Source: Candidatus Cloacimonadales bacterium (GTDB lineage Bacteria; Cloacimonadota; Cloacimonadia; Cloacimonadales; JAFGVF01). From it: DNA of 64,000 nt. The DNA is taken from assembly GCA_963677495.2 (NCBI GenBank), contig CAXXOU010000004.1:672001-736000 (forward strand), read 5' to 3'. Under the pieces are notes generated by a model. It saw only the letters and a list, made by a program, of their open reading frames with translations. It was not told the origin of the DNA and ran no database searches. Positions 10,339 through 20,505 of this stretch are shown piece by piece. Every line of letters begins with the position of its first letter. Position 1 is the first letter of the stretch. A program made the translations under genes and the position numbers.

Positions 10339-10358
10339 AAACTCTAATCATTACACAA

Positions 10359-10395
10359 AGAATAAGGGATGCATCTGCATCCCTTATTCTGTTTT
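10359..10395 (+). terminator. Intrinsic terminator
   Basis: agaataagggatgca-tc-tgcatcccttattct-gtttt. Confidence 0.75.
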
Positions 10396-10510
10396 CAGCG
10401 AAATTGTGTCCTGAAAATTTAATATAACACATCGATATTGAAAAAAACTGATTTCAATTTCTTTTGCGATAATGCAAACTTTAACTAAACTCTTTACCAA
10501 AACGCAGTCA

Positions 10511-10610
10511 TCCCACTGTTTTCCCACTGTGCACGCACTGTGCACCCAGTGAAACAGTGGGTTGACAGTGCCTTCACAGTGCGTGCGCAGTGCAAACACA
10601 GTGGGTTGGT
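10511..10610. repeat. 11-bp-period repeat (CACTG then CAGTG) forming an imperfect palindrome
   Basis: tcccactgttt tcccactgtgc acgcactgtgc acccagtgaaa cagtgggttga cagtgccttca cagtgcgtgcg cagtgcaaaca cagtgggttgg. Confidence 0.8.
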
Positions 10611-10925
10611 GGATAGCTTAGTAAAAGAGAGTAAAAAGGGCAAAAAATATAGCTAAGTTATTGCAAAAGGCACTGTGTATATCTATCTCGGACTTGCTCC
10701 GCAACGAAGTGTAGGGCGAGAACGAAATCCTAGGATATGCGACTTCGAAGTGCTTTTTAGGAAGTCCGTTGCCTTATCAGGCCGACAAACTCCCTGAAAT
10801 GCCGTAAGTCATTGTTATTTGCACTGCGTACGTAGACTTGATGCATCTATATTGTGAAGAATGATTCAATAATATTAGAGAGAAATGATTTGACAATATT
10901 CCGAATATTTATAAATTCACCTTAA

Positions 10926-10956
10926 ACCTTTAATCGAGTCCAGAGAGGCTGAAAGG
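10926..10956 (+). promoter_or_regulatory. PyrR-binding RNA hairpin
   Basis: cCTTTAAtcgAGTCCAGAGAGGCTgaAAGG matches the PyrR binding-loop consensus (ARUCCNGNGAGGYU) upstream of pyrB. TTGACA lies at about 10889. Confidence 0.9.
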
Positions 10957-10964
10957 AGAAAAAT

Positions 10965-11069
10965 ATGAATCGTATAATCTTAATGCTACATAAGCATAAA
11001 TCCCCTATTTCTTTAAACACCATTACTATATCCAATTATGCAAGGAGTATTTCATGGAAAGCAATCTAA
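10965..11069 (+). CDS. Putative 34-aa leader peptide overlapping the pyrB start
   Basis: SD AAGGAG (inside the PyrR stem), ATG 10965, MNRIILMLHKHKSPISLNTITISNYARSISWKAI*. Confidence 0.4.
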   Translation: MNRIILMLHKHKSPISLNTITISNYARSISWKAI

Positions 11070-11992
11070 ACTTCCTTGGACGCTGCATGTATGACCTCGA
11101 CGACTATTCTGCCGAAGAGATTATTCATATTCTTGAAGCTTCCAAAATTATGAAGGAGATCAATCAGAGGGAATACAAAAAAGTACCAACTCTGAGAGGA
11201 AAGACCGTTTGTACTCTATTCTTCGAGAATAGTACAAGAACACTGATGTCATTTGAACTTGCTGCCAGTCGTTTAAGTGCTGACCTGGTTAGCTTCAATT
11301 CCAGTACTTCATCTCTTGCAAAAGGCGAAAGCTTGCAAGATACTGTTTATACTCTTGATGCAATGGGTATAGATTGCTATATCATTAGGCATAGTTATCC
11401 CGGAAGTCCACAGCTTGTGCATAAGTATTCAAACAAGCCAGTACTTAACGGTGGTGATGGACGTCATGCTCATCCGACTCAGGCATTATTGGATATGTAC
11501 TCAATTTATGAACAGCGTGGTTCTCTTGATGGTATGAAGATTGCTATCGTAGGCGATATTGCTCATAGTCGTGTTGTTCGATCTAACCTTATTGGAATGA
11601 AGAAACTTGGAGCAGATGTTACTATTTGTGGACCAAGAACTCTTATGCCGGGTAAAATGGAAGAAGTTTACGGTTGTAAAGTTAGCTATAACTTAGAGGA
11701 AGCTCTCAAAGATGCTGATGTTGTTATGGGTTTAAGAATGCAACTTGAACGTCAGGCAGAAGGTTTATTCCCAAATCTTGAAGAGTATACAAAACATTAT
11801 GTTCTTTCAAAAGAAACTTTAAAGTTTGCCAAGAAAGATGCTCTAATCATGCACCCCGGTCCAATGAATCGTGGTGTTGAAATTTTGCCTGAAATAGCTG
11901 ATAGTGATCGTTCATTGGTTTTACAACAGGTAGCCAACGGTGTTGCCGTAAGAATGGCCCTGTTGTATCTCATGCTCGGTGGAAAGATGTAG
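11054..11992 (+). CDS. pyrB: Aspartate carbamoyltransferase catalytic subunit
   Basis: FFENSTRT, HPTQALLD, GDIAHSRV, MHPGP. Confidence 0.97.
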   Translation: MESNLNFLGRCMYDLDDYSAEEIIHILEASKIMKEINQREYKKVPTLRGKTVCTLFFENSTRTLMSFELAASRLSADLVSFNSSTSSLAKGESLQDTVYTLDAMGIDCYIIRHSYPGSPQLVHKYSNKPVLNGGDGRHAHPTQALLDMYSIYEQRGSLDGMKIAIVGDIAHSRVVRSNLIGMKKLGADVTICGPRTLMPGKMEEVYGCKVSYNLEEALKDADVVMGLRMQLERQAEGLFPNLEEYTKHYVLSKETLKFAKKDALIMHPGPMNRGVEILPEIADSDRSLVLQQVANGVAVRMALLYLMLGGKM

Positions 11993-12001
11993 GAGGAAAC
12001 A

Positions 12002-13282
12002 ATGAAGATAGTAATACAAAATGGTAAAGTATATCAGAACGGTTCATTTGAAAGAAAAGATATCCTCGTGAACGGGGAATTGATAGAGAAGATAGATACT
12101 GCAATTATTGCAGCTGATGCAGATAAAGTTATCGATGCAGAAGGTCAGATAGTAGTACCCGGTTTTATTGATTTACATGCTCATTTAAGAGATCCGGGAC
12201 AAGTTTACAAAGAGGACATTGTTACAGGTACTAAAGCTGCAGCTAAAGGTGGATTCACTACTGTTTGTGCTATGCCTAATACAGAACCTGTAGTAGATAG
12301 TGTTGCTAATGTTGAATATATTAGTAGAAAAGCTGCTGAACTTGGCTTTGCAAGAGTAAAAGTTATTGGTGCAATGACTAAGAAATCAGAGGGTAAAGAA
12401 CTATCCTTGATGTCCACAATGAAAGATGGTGGCATTGTAGCTGTAAGCGATGACGGACGTTGTGTTCAGAATACAAAGCTTATGCAGAACTGTATGAAGT
12501 ATGCCGGTAACTATGAGTTACCTGTAATTATTCACCCTGAAGACTATGATTTAGCCGGAAAAGGTCAGATTAATGGTGGCAGATACTCTACACAACTTGG
12601 TTTAGGGGCAATACCAGGCCTTGCAGAAGACATTATCGTTTCAAGAGACATCATGTTGGCTAGAAGCACTGGTTGCCACCTTCATGTCGCTCATGTATCA
12701 ACTGCTAGAAGTATCCAGATGATAAGAGATGCTAAAGCTGAAGGTTTAAATGTTACAACCGAAGTTACTCCTCATCATCTAACATTAACACATGACAAGC
12801 TTGTGACATTTGACACAAACTATAAATGTAAACCTCCTCTTAGAGATGACAAAGATAGATTAGCATGTATTGAAGGTCTTCTTGATGGTACAATTGATTG
12901 TATTGCAACTGATCATGCTCCACATGCAGATTATGAGAAAGAGAGAGAGTTCAACCTTGCACCATTCGGAATCAATGGCTTTGAAGCCGCATTTGGTTCG
13001 ATGTATACAGATCTTATTACTAAAGATGTACTACCTTTAAACATAGTTATAGATGCTCTTACCAGGAAACCTGCTGAATTCCTTAAGTTAAATTCGGGGG
13101 AATTGAAAGAAGGACTTCTGGCTGATATTACCGTTATTGATCTTGAAAGAGAGTTTACTCTTACTGAAGATAATATGCAATCAAAATCAACAAATACACC
13201 GTATATTAATGTTCCGTTAAAGGGGACGGTTACTAATACAATATGTGGTGGCAAGGTAACCTGGGAAATAGAGAATGTATAA
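12002..13282 (+). CDS. pyrC: Dihydroorotase
   Basis: PGFIDLHAHLRDPG, MPNT, EVTPHH, ATDHAPH. Confidence 0.96.
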   Translation: MKIVIQNGKVYQNGSFERKDILVNGELIEKIDTAIIAADADKVIDAEGQIVVPGFIDLHAHLRDPGQVYKEDIVTGTKAAAKGGFTTVCAMPNTEPVVDSVANVEYISRKAAELGFARVKVIGAMTKKSEGKELSLMSTMKDGGIVAVSDDGRCVQNTKLMQNCMKYAGNYELPVIIHPEDYDLAGKGQINGGRYSTQLGLGAIPGLAEDIIVSRDIMLARSTGCHLHVAHVSTARSIQMIRDAKAEGLNVTTEVTPHHLTLTHDKLVTFDTNYKCKPPLRDDKDRLACIEGLLDGTIDCIATDHAPHADYEKEREFNLAPFGINGFEAAFGSMYTDLITKDVLPLNIVIDALTRKPAEFLKLNSGELKEGLLADITVIDLEREFTLTEDNMQSKSTNTPYINVPLKGTVTNTICGGKVTWEIENV

Positions 13283-14030
13283 AACCTGTACAATAACCGA
13301 CTACCGAGAAATGGGAGTTGATTACTTCGTACTGACTATTTGTGAAGCTGACCTGGCACAGAATGCTGTTGCCGGGCAGTTTTTCAATTTAGGCTACACT
13401 AATGGTGATGTTCCAAGACTAAAGAAACCAATAAGCATTTATGATGTAGATGGTGATAGAATCTCATTTATGATAAAGAAACTTGGGAAAGGTACTGAAG
13501 CCTTATCAAAACTAAGAGCTGGTGATGAGATGAAAGTACTGGGTCCGCTTGGTAACGGATTCCCATTATTAGTAGATAGAAATGTCCTTTTGATTAGTGG
13601 TGGAGTTGGTTATCCACCAATGGTACATTTGAAGAAAGAGCTTAAGAAGTGTACTATAACTCATCTGCATGGTGGCAGAACAGAAACAGATATCTTTCCT
13701 TGTGATATTGCATATACAGAAGATGGTTCAAAAGGAGAGACAGGTCTTGTTACAAAGGACTTGGAGAAGATAATCAATGAGAAGAACATCAATGTCATAT
13801 ACACATGTGGCCCTGATCCAATGATGCATGCTATCGGTAAAATCGCAAAAGCAATGAAAGTTGAATGTCACTTATCACTTGAAGAGTACATGGCATGTGG
13901 AATTGGAGCATGCTATGGTTGTGCTGTTCGAATAAAAGCTGATAATGAGGATGGTTTTGTGAATAAACGAGTTTGTAAAGATGGACCTGTCTTTGAGATA
14001 AACGAGTTATGGGTGGCAGAAAATGAATAG
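13275..14030 (+). CDS. pyrK: Dihydroorotate dehydrogenase electron transfer subunit
   Basis: GPLGNGF, GGVG, CGP, MACGIGACYGC...VCKDGPVF 2Fe-2S motif. Confidence 0.93.
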   Translation: MYKTCTITDYREMGVDYFVLTICEADLAQNAVAGQFFNLGYTNGDVPRLKKPISIYDVDGDRISFMIKKLGKGTEALSKLRAGDEMKVLGPLGNGFPLLVDRNVLLISGGVGYPPMVHLKKELKKCTITHLHGGRTETDIFPCDIAYTEDGSKGETGLVTKDLEKIINEKNINVIYTCGPDPMMHAIGKIAKAMKVECHLSLEEYMACGIGACYGCAVRIKADNEDGFVNKRVCKDGPVFEINELWVAENE

Positions 14031-14928
14031 ATTAGCTACAGGTCTGGGAAGACTTAAACTTAAAAATCCGGTCACTGTTGCTTCAGGTACTTTCAGTTAC
14101 GATTACTCTGATTATGTAGATTTCAATAAGCTAGGTGCAATCGTAACGAAGACTATTACAAAAGCTCCGAGAGCAGGAAATCCGACTCCTCGTTTGTTTG
14201 AAACAGAAGCCGGATTACTTAACTCGATTGGTTTGCAAAATCCCGGTCTTGAAGGTTTCGTAGTAAATGAATTACCGAAATACAATAAATGGGAAGCTCC
14301 ATTATTAGTTAGCCTTTCCGGTTCAAGTATTGAAGAGTTCTGTGAGATTGTAGAACGAATGGAAGAAGAAAACTGTGCCGGTTATGAGATAAACGTATCA
14401 TGTCCCAATGTGAAGAATGAGGGTATTGCTTTTGGTGTTGACCCGATTGTAGTAAATGAGTTAACCACAAAGTTGCGCAAGATAACTGATAGAGAACTGA
14501 TTATAAAATTATCTCCAAACGTAACCGATATAGTATCTGTAGCGAAAGCTGCCCGAGATGGTGGTGCTGATAGCTTAGCTCTTATTAACACACTTTTAGG
14601 TATGGCAATTGATTGGAAAACAGGGAAGAGTCGCATTGCAAAAGGCATTTGTGGTTATAGTGGTATCTCAATCAAACCGGTTGCACTAAGCAATGTTTAT
14701 AGAGTCGCTAAAGCTGTTGATATACCTATTCTTGCAATGGGTGGAATCTCGACCTTTGAGGATGCATTGGAATTCTTCTATGCAGGTGCAAGTGTGATAG
14801 CAGTTGGTACTGAGAACTTTATGAACCCACTTGCTACAGTTGACCTTATAGAAAATCTTGACAAACATCTTAAAGAAAAGAACCAATCACTACATGAGAT
14901 TATTGGAAAAGTATCCGGTATTGTTTAA
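14023..14928 (+). CDS. pyrD: Dihydroorotate dehydrogenase 1B catalytic subunit
   Basis: ASGT, NSIGLQNPG, EINVSCPN, KLSPNV, INT. Confidence 0.96.
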   Translation: MNRLATGLGRLKLKNPVTVASGTFSYDYSDYVDFNKLGAIVTKTITKAPRAGNPTPRLFETEAGLLNSIGLQNPGLEGFVVNELPKYNKWEAPLLVSLSGSSIEEFCEIVERMEEENCAGYEINVSCPNVKNEGIAFGVDPIVVNELTTKLRKITDRELIIKLSPNVTDIVSVAKAARDGGADSLALINTLLGMAIDWKTGKSRIAKGICGYSGISIKPVALSNVYRVAKAVDIPILAMGGISTFEDALEFFYAGASVIAVGTENFMNPLATVDLIENLDKHLKEKNQSLHEIIGKVSGIV

Positions 14929-15679
14929 TATCAAACGAAATATTGTTACATATAGATTAGGGTTAGCAATAACCCTAATTTTGCTTTTTAGTATCACAAA
15001 TACTAATGCCATTCAGCTTCCAAACTTTAACAATTATCAGGCCGGATCAGAGCGAAAAGAAGCTTTTTATCGATTCTTCATACCTATCATAACTAAAGAG
15101 AATGAAAAGATTCTTAAAGAACGTAATTTCATGCTATCATTCAAGTTTAAATATGATAATGGAATTGACATCTCTGTTACTGAGATTAGAAAGTTTCATG
15201 AGTTAGCGAAAAGGTACAAACTTAAAACCAAGAATTTTGATAAACCTGAGTTTTGGAACGAAGTGAATAAGCGTGTTGACCATATACCATTGGAGATTGC
15301 TCTGACTCAAGCTGCAGTGGAATCAGGCTGGGGAACTTCAGGCTTTGCGAGACAAGCAAACAATATCTTTGGAGTATGGACATTTAAACAGGGAACAGGG
15401 ATTGTCCCTAAAGAACGAGCTCCTGGTGCAACCCATGAAGTTAGAATTTATGATAGTGTTGAAGCTTCTATTTCAAGTTACATGCTGAACTTAAATACTA
15501 ACAAAGCCTATCGTAAGTTCAGAGATATAAGATGGGAGCTTAGATTAGAGGGTGTAGCCATGGATCCTGTGTTAATGTGTGAAGGATTAAAATACTATTC
15601 TCAAAAGAAGCTGGAATATGTTAATCTTCTCCAGAAAATGATAAGAAAAGATAGCGACTTGATATTAGAAAATAAGTAA
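14921..15679 (+). CDS. Bax-like glucosaminidase (GH73) peptidoglycan hydrolase; start uncertain
   Basis: AQAAVESGWGTS-like motif (TQAAVESGWGTS), ANNIFG, YMLNLNT, N-terminal signal peptide. Confidence 0.85.
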   Translation: MFNIKRNIVTYRLGLAITLILLFSITNTNAIQLPNFNNYQAGSERKEAFYRFFIPIITKENEKILKERNFMLSFKFKYDNGIDISVTEIRKFHELAKRYKLKTKNFDKPEFWNEVNKRVDHIPLEIALTQAAVESGWGTSGFARQANNIFGVWTFKQGTGIVPKERAPGATHEVRIYDSVEASISSYMLNLNTNKAYRKFRDIRWELRLEGVAMDPVLMCEGLKYYSQKKLEYVNLLQKMIRKDSDLILENK

Positions 15680-15691
15680 AAGAAGAGAGTT

Positions 15692-16657
15692 ATGGAAATT
15701 ATTAAAACTTTGCGTGAAGAGATGAATCTCGAAGCAGATGCGATAAAAGAAACAGCGAATAGGTTAGATGAAGAAGCAAAAAAGGCTTTTGAACTTATAA
15801 GAGATTGTAAAGGTAAAGTAGTTGTGACCGGTATGGGTAAGACCGGGCTAATAGGCAGGAAAGTTGCTGCAACTCTAGCAAGTACCGGAACTACATCAAT
15901 CTTTCTGCATGCTGCCGAAGGTATTCATGGTGATTTGGGTATGCTTACAGAAGATGATGTAATCATAGCAATCTCATATTCCGGTAACACAAAAGAAGTG
16001 TTAGACTTAATCCCTTACCTAAAGTTTTTGAAGTTGCCGATCATTGCAATTACAGGTAATATAGAGTCTCAATTAGCTATCTCTTCTGATGCTGTTATCG
16101 ATGGGTTTGTCCCACCTGAAAACGAACCTTTAGGTTTAGTTCCAACCTCTTCTACAACTGTTGCTCTGGCTATCTGTGATGCATTGGCCATAGCACTATT
16201 AAGAGCCAGAAACTTTGAAGAGAAAGATTATGCTTTATTCCATCCCGGTGGAACAATAGGTAAGAAGCTATTGCTTAGAGTAAATGATTTAATGCACAAA
16301 GGTATGGATTTACCTATAGTATCTGCAGAAACTCAGTTGTTTGAAGCAATCTCAATTATGACTGAGAAGAAGTTGGGTTGTACAACAGTCATATCAGAAA
16401 GCATTATGATTGGTATTATCACGGATGGAGACCTCAGACGAATAATGCAGAAGAGGAAAGGAGAACTTCTCGAGTTACCAGTGACAGAAGTCATGACTAA
16501 AGATCCTGTTTCTGTTACTCCAGATATTTTAGCTGTAGAGGCAATAATTATTATGGAAAAGCACAACATAACAATGCTTCCTGTTGTTGATAATGATAAA
16601 CATCCTGTTGGGCTCCTACATATGCATGATTTAATTAAAGCCGGTGTAGTAGGATAG
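15692..16657 (+). CDS. kdsD: Arabinose-5-phosphate isomerase (KpsF/GutQ, SIS + 2 CBS)
   Basis: TGMGKTG, STGT, HGDLG, PTSST, HPGG, CBS pair. Confidence 0.93.
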   Translation: MEIIKTLREEMNLEADAIKETANRLDEEAKKAFELIRDCKGKVVVTGMGKTGLIGRKVAATLASTGTTSIFLHAAEGIHGDLGMLTEDDVIIAISYSGNTKEVLDLIPYLKFLKLPIIAITGNIESQLAISSDAVIDGFVPPENEPLGLVPTSSTTVALAICDALAIALLRARNFEEKDYALFHPGGTIGKKLLLRVNDLMHKGMDLPIVSAETQLFEAISIMTEKKLGCTTVISESIMIGIITDGDLRRIMQKRKGELLELPVTEVMTKDPVSVTPDILAVEAIIIMEKHNITMLPVVDNDKHPVGLLHMHDLIKAGVVG

Positions 16658-16658
16658 A

Positions 16659-17096
16659 ATGAAGCTTATACTTCAAAGAGTAAGTAATGCATCTGTGACA
16701 GTTGATAACAAAGTGATCTCATCCATAGGGAAGGGGTTGCTAGTTCTTTGTGGTGTCGGAAAGGATGATACGAACGAAGTATTACCATGGTTAGCAAACA
16801 AGATGGTTAATCTAAGAATCTTTGAAGATGAGAACGGTAAGATGAATAAATCCTTACTTGATATTGATGGTGAGGTTATCATTGTCTCACAATTCACACT
16901 TTATGCTGATTGCTCTCGAGGAAGAAGACCTGATTTCCTCAAATCAGCCAAGCCGGAGCTAGCTGAAAAACTATATGACAGGTTCTGTGAAGAGGTTGAG
17001 TTTTTTGGTCTTAATGTAAAGAAAGGTATCTTTGGAGCAGATATGAAAGTCAGTTTGCTCAATGATGGTCCTATAACAATTACCCTTGAAAAGTAG
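16659..17096 (+). CDS. dtd: D-aminoacyl-tRNA deacylase
   Basis: LQRV, SQFTL, GRRP, FGADMKV...NDGP. Confidence 0.97.
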   Translation: MKLILQRVSNASVTVDNKVISSIGKGLLVLCGVGKDDTNEVLPWLANKMVNLRIFEDENGKMNKSLLDIDGEVIIVSQFTLYADCSRGRRPDFLKSAKPELAEKLYDRFCEEVEFFGLNVKKGIFGADMKVSLLNDGPITITLEK

Positions 17097-17202
17097 TATA
17101 CTCACTCAAAAAATGCATATACTCAAATAAACAGTAAAAGTAGTAGACAATTTGGAACAATTCTTACAAATGTAGTTACGATTAAAGACTATTGGAGTAA
17201 GG

Positions 17203-19122
17203 ATTATTAAAAAAGGTGTATTAGTATCCATAGCCATGATGATTGTGTCATTTATTTTGGCAGAAGTAAATCATTATGTGACTATTGACACATTGCGTAT
17301 TGCAGCAGATAAAGCCAAGATTGAACAACAATGGAATGTTGTTGTTCAAAAATATCTTGATATATCTTCTCTATACCAAATGACCGGTGATGTAGATAGC
17401 CTTCTTTACTACTCCGAAAGAGCTTACGAAGTTTCAGAACAGAACAAACTTGATGAACTAATGGCTCACTCTTTAAACCATATTGGTAGCTATTATAATT
17501 ACACAGGAGATTACAGTAGAGCTTTAGAGTATTTCCACAGGGCATTGCCTCTTTACATGGAAGAAAAGGATAGTCTACGTGTCTCATCAATCTATGAAAA
17601 TATTGGCAAAACGCATAAAGATTTAGGAAACTATTCGAATGCAATTACATATCTTCTCAAAGCTACTCAAATGCTTGAACGCAACGAGAACCTTGATATA
17701 CGTCCATCCATATACACAACGTTGGGTTCAATATTCTACAGGATGAAAGATTATCGTAGCATGCTACGTTATCTCATCCAATCTCAGCAGATGCTTGAAG
17801 ATGAACGCGTTTTAACAACCGAACATGCAATCCTGTTCAATGAGTTCGGAAAATATCATGATGGTACAGGAGACTTAAAATCAGCTAAGAAGAATTTCCA
17901 GAAAACTGTGGATATTAGTAACGAGATTGGTTGGAAACTAGGTGTTTCAACCGGGTTAAGTAATCTAGCTGACATCTTTTACTTAGAAGGTGATCTCGAC
18001 AAAGCTCTTAGTAATCATCTCCGAATTCTTGATATTGATCGTGAAATTGAGAACAACTATGGAATAGTGAAAGATTTTCTTTTTATCAGTGAAATCTATT
18101 TTGATATGAGTATGTTTAAAACTGCGGAAGCATACGCTGATTCTTCACTTAGCATTGCCCTTGATAAGGGTATGGCTGCCGAGATATCTGCTGTATTAAA
18201 TCTTCAAAGTAGAATCTATCAGAAACAGAACAGAATTAAGGACGCCTTCGATAAATTCTATCTCTTCTATACATACGAAGATAGTTTAGAAAATATTGAA
18301 TATAAAAAACATCTGAGTGACCTTTCAGAAAAATATCAAGTTGCTGTGAATGAACGCAGATTGCTAGAGGAGCAAACTGAGAAGAAGATGCTCAAGCAAC
18401 GTTCTTTATTGCTATTGTATGCTTTAATCACGATGATCATGATAATTCTTACTGTTATAGTGTTGAGTTTCCAGCGTAATCTTAAGAATAGATATAGGAC
18501 TCTGATGCTAAAACAACAGCTCTTCAGGGCACAGATGAATCCTCATTTTATATTCAACTCATTAAGTGCAATCCAACATTACATCTTAAAGAATAAAACA
18601 TCACTAGCAGCTGAGTTCCTTGGAGCTTATTCCAGGCTTATGAGACTTATCCTTGAAAGCTCAGATTGTAATCTGATTTCATTAGAAAAGGAACTTGATA
18701 TTGTCAGAATCCAGTTAGAACTTGAGAAGCTAAGATTTGGTGACAAGTTTGTTTATAAACTGGATATTCAGGAAGATATTGAATTTGAGGATTTATATGT
18801 TCCTCCAATGTTATTACAACCTCTAGTTGAGAACTCTATTAAACATGGTTTCAGCGACATCAATTATCAAGGAGAAATCTATGTGTCTGTATGTTATGAG
18901 GATAACAAACTTACACTTATTGAAACTGACAATGGATCCGGAACGATGTCTCAAGAGTTTTATAAGAAATCTCATGCCCTTAGTATTATGAAACAACGTC
19001 TGGAACTATTAAAGAATGTAAAAAATATTGACACAGAATTAAATGTTTGCACAAATCAATCAAAGGGAATCAAAACGGAGATTATAATCCACAATCCTGA
19101 AAAACTCATACAGGAGCTATAA
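17203..19122 (+). CDS. TPR-containing LytS-type sensor histidine kinase (start ATT 17203/17206 or ATG 17236)
   Basis: TPR repeats, one TM helix, AQMNPHFIFNSL, LQPLVENSIKHG, DNG. Confidence 0.9.
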   Translation: MIKKGVLVSIAMMIVSFILAEVNHYVTIDTLRIAADKAKIEQQWNVVVQKYLDISSLYQMTGDVDSLLYYSERAYEVSEQNKLDELMAHSLNHIGSYYNYTGDYSRALEYFHRALPLYMEEKDSLRVSSIYENIGKTHKDLGNYSNAITYLLKATQMLERNENLDIRPSIYTTLGSIFYRMKDYRSMLRYLIQSQQMLEDERVLTTEHAILFNEFGKYHDGTGDLKSAKKNFQKTVDISNEIGWKLGVSTGLSNLADIFYLEGDLDKALSNHLRILDIDREIENNYGIVKDFLFISEIYFDMSMFKTAEAYADSSLSIALDKGMAAEISAVLNLQSRIYQKQNRIKDAFDKFYLFYTYEDSLENIEYKKHLSDLSEKYQVAVNERRLLEEQTEKKMLKQRSLLLLYALITMIMIILTVIVLSFQRNLKNRYRTLMLKQQLFRAQMNPHFIFNSLSAIQHYILKNKTSLAAEFLGAYSRLMRLILESSDCNLISLEKELDIVRIQLELEKLRFGDKFVYKLDIQEDIEFEDLYVPPMLLQPLVENSIKHGFSDINYQGEIYVSVCYEDNKLTLIETDNGSGTMSQEFYKKSHALSIMKQRLELLKNVKNIDTELNVCTNQSKGIKTEIIIHNPEKLIQEL

Positions 19123-19862
19123 TGCGTGCAATAATTATTGATGATGAAAAGCTTACTCGAGAACTAATAAAAGAGATACTCACTTCTGAATTCTTAGGCA
19201 TCGAAATCATAGGTGAAGCTAATGATTACCAATCAGCTATTGATTTAATCGACTCAACAAATCCTGAGCTTATGTTACTAGATATAAATCTTGGGAACAG
19301 AACTATCTTTGAAGTGCTGGAAAAAGCCAACCAAACCAATGCTAAACTTATTTTTATTACTGCCTATTCTGATTATGCTGTTAAAGCAATCAAATACAGT
19401 GCTTTCGATTATATCCTTAAGCCAATTGTTCCTTCAGAACTTGTCAGAGCGGTCAACAAAGCTGTGCAATCAAGCAGTGATGAACAGGACCAGCAACTAT
19501 CTGTTTTAACTAAAAATATCACTAACCCTCAGAAGATAGTACTCAAGACATCAGACAAGATGCATATCGTGGATTTAAAAGATATTATATATTGTGAAGC
19601 AGATAATAATTACACTATCTTCCATCTTAAGAATGGTAAGAACCTCATTCTTTCGAAGAGTTTAAAAGTGTATGAAGAACTCTTGAACGATAGCTCATTC
19701 TTCAGAGTACACCAGTCATATCTTGTGAATCTGAACTCAATTATAACCTTCGAAAAACACGATGGGGGATACCTGGTTATGGCTAATGGTCAGAATGTCC
19801 CGGTTTCTACTACAAAGAAGAAGAAACTTATTAATCATCTGCAAACTATTTATAAGAGTTAA
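19122..19862 (+). CDS. LytTR family response regulator
   Basis: IIDDE, LLDI, FITAY, DYILKP, FFRVHQSYLVN. Confidence 0.95.
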   Translation: MRAIIIDDEKLTRELIKEILTSEFLGIEIIGEANDYQSAIDLIDSTNPELMLLDINLGNRTIFEVLEKANQTNAKLIFITAYSDYAVKAIKYSAFDYILKPIVPSELVRAVNKAVQSSSDEQDQQLSVLTKNITNPQKIVLKTSDKMHIVDLKDIIYCEADNNYTIFHLKNGKNLILSKSLKVYEELLNDSSFFRVHQSYLVNLNSIITFEKHDGGYLVMANGQNVPVSTTKKKKLINHLQTIYKS

Positions 19863-19900
19863 TACCGGGTACGCAGGCATCTTGCCTGCACCTGACAATG

Positions 19901-20358
19901 TTGTAGTGCAAGTGTCCCCACTTGCACATAGCTCGATAGAGCTATAATCGGAAATTCAATCGTGTTAATCAAGTAGTATTGATGCATTTTATCTACTTTT
20001 AGCGATTTGCAGTCAGTGGCATTTGCCGACTCTGTCGTCACAGCAATTCAGGAGAATCGCAGTACATTGTACCCCGATCACCCCTGATCGGTCTAATTTG
20101 TAGTGCAAGTGTCCCCACTTGCACATAGCTCGATAGAGCTATAATCGGAAATTCAATCGTGTTAATCAAGTAGTATTGATGCATTTTATCTACTTTTAGC
20201 GATTTGCAGTCAGTGGCATTTGCCGACTCTGTCGTCACAGCAATTCAGGAGAATCGCAGTACATTGTACCCCGATCACCCCTGATCGGTCTAGTTTGTAG
20301 TGCTTGTGTCCCCACTTGCACATAGCTCGTTTAGAGCTATGGTCGGAAATTCAATCGT
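19901..20358. repeat. 197-bp tandem repeat (about 2.3 copies) containing several hairpins
   Basis: Units start ttgtagtgc at 19901, 20098 and 20295. Hairpins tgcaagtg..cacttgca, tagctc..gagcta, ccgatca..tgatcgg. Confidence 0.9.
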
Positions 20359-20415
20359 ACTTTATCTAATCTAATGCTTAATATTTCTCGATAATCTCCT
20401 TCCTTCGTTATTCCT

Positions 20416-20500
20416 TATCCTAAAAGGATAATCCAATGTTAGCCATGGTGCTTTAGCCCATGGATAGGAATAGAAAAACAATCCGACCCTGAAGGGGTCG
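20416..20500. repeat. REP-like triple-hairpin unit, direct repeat of 23584-23668
   Basis: 85 bp with 3 mismatches to the 23584 copy. Confidence 0.9.
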
Positions 20501-20505
20501 CCCAA

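Noticed and set aside
19859..20238. Duplicated small ORFs MTTESANATD...
   Set aside because: They are by-products of the 197-bp tandem repeat.
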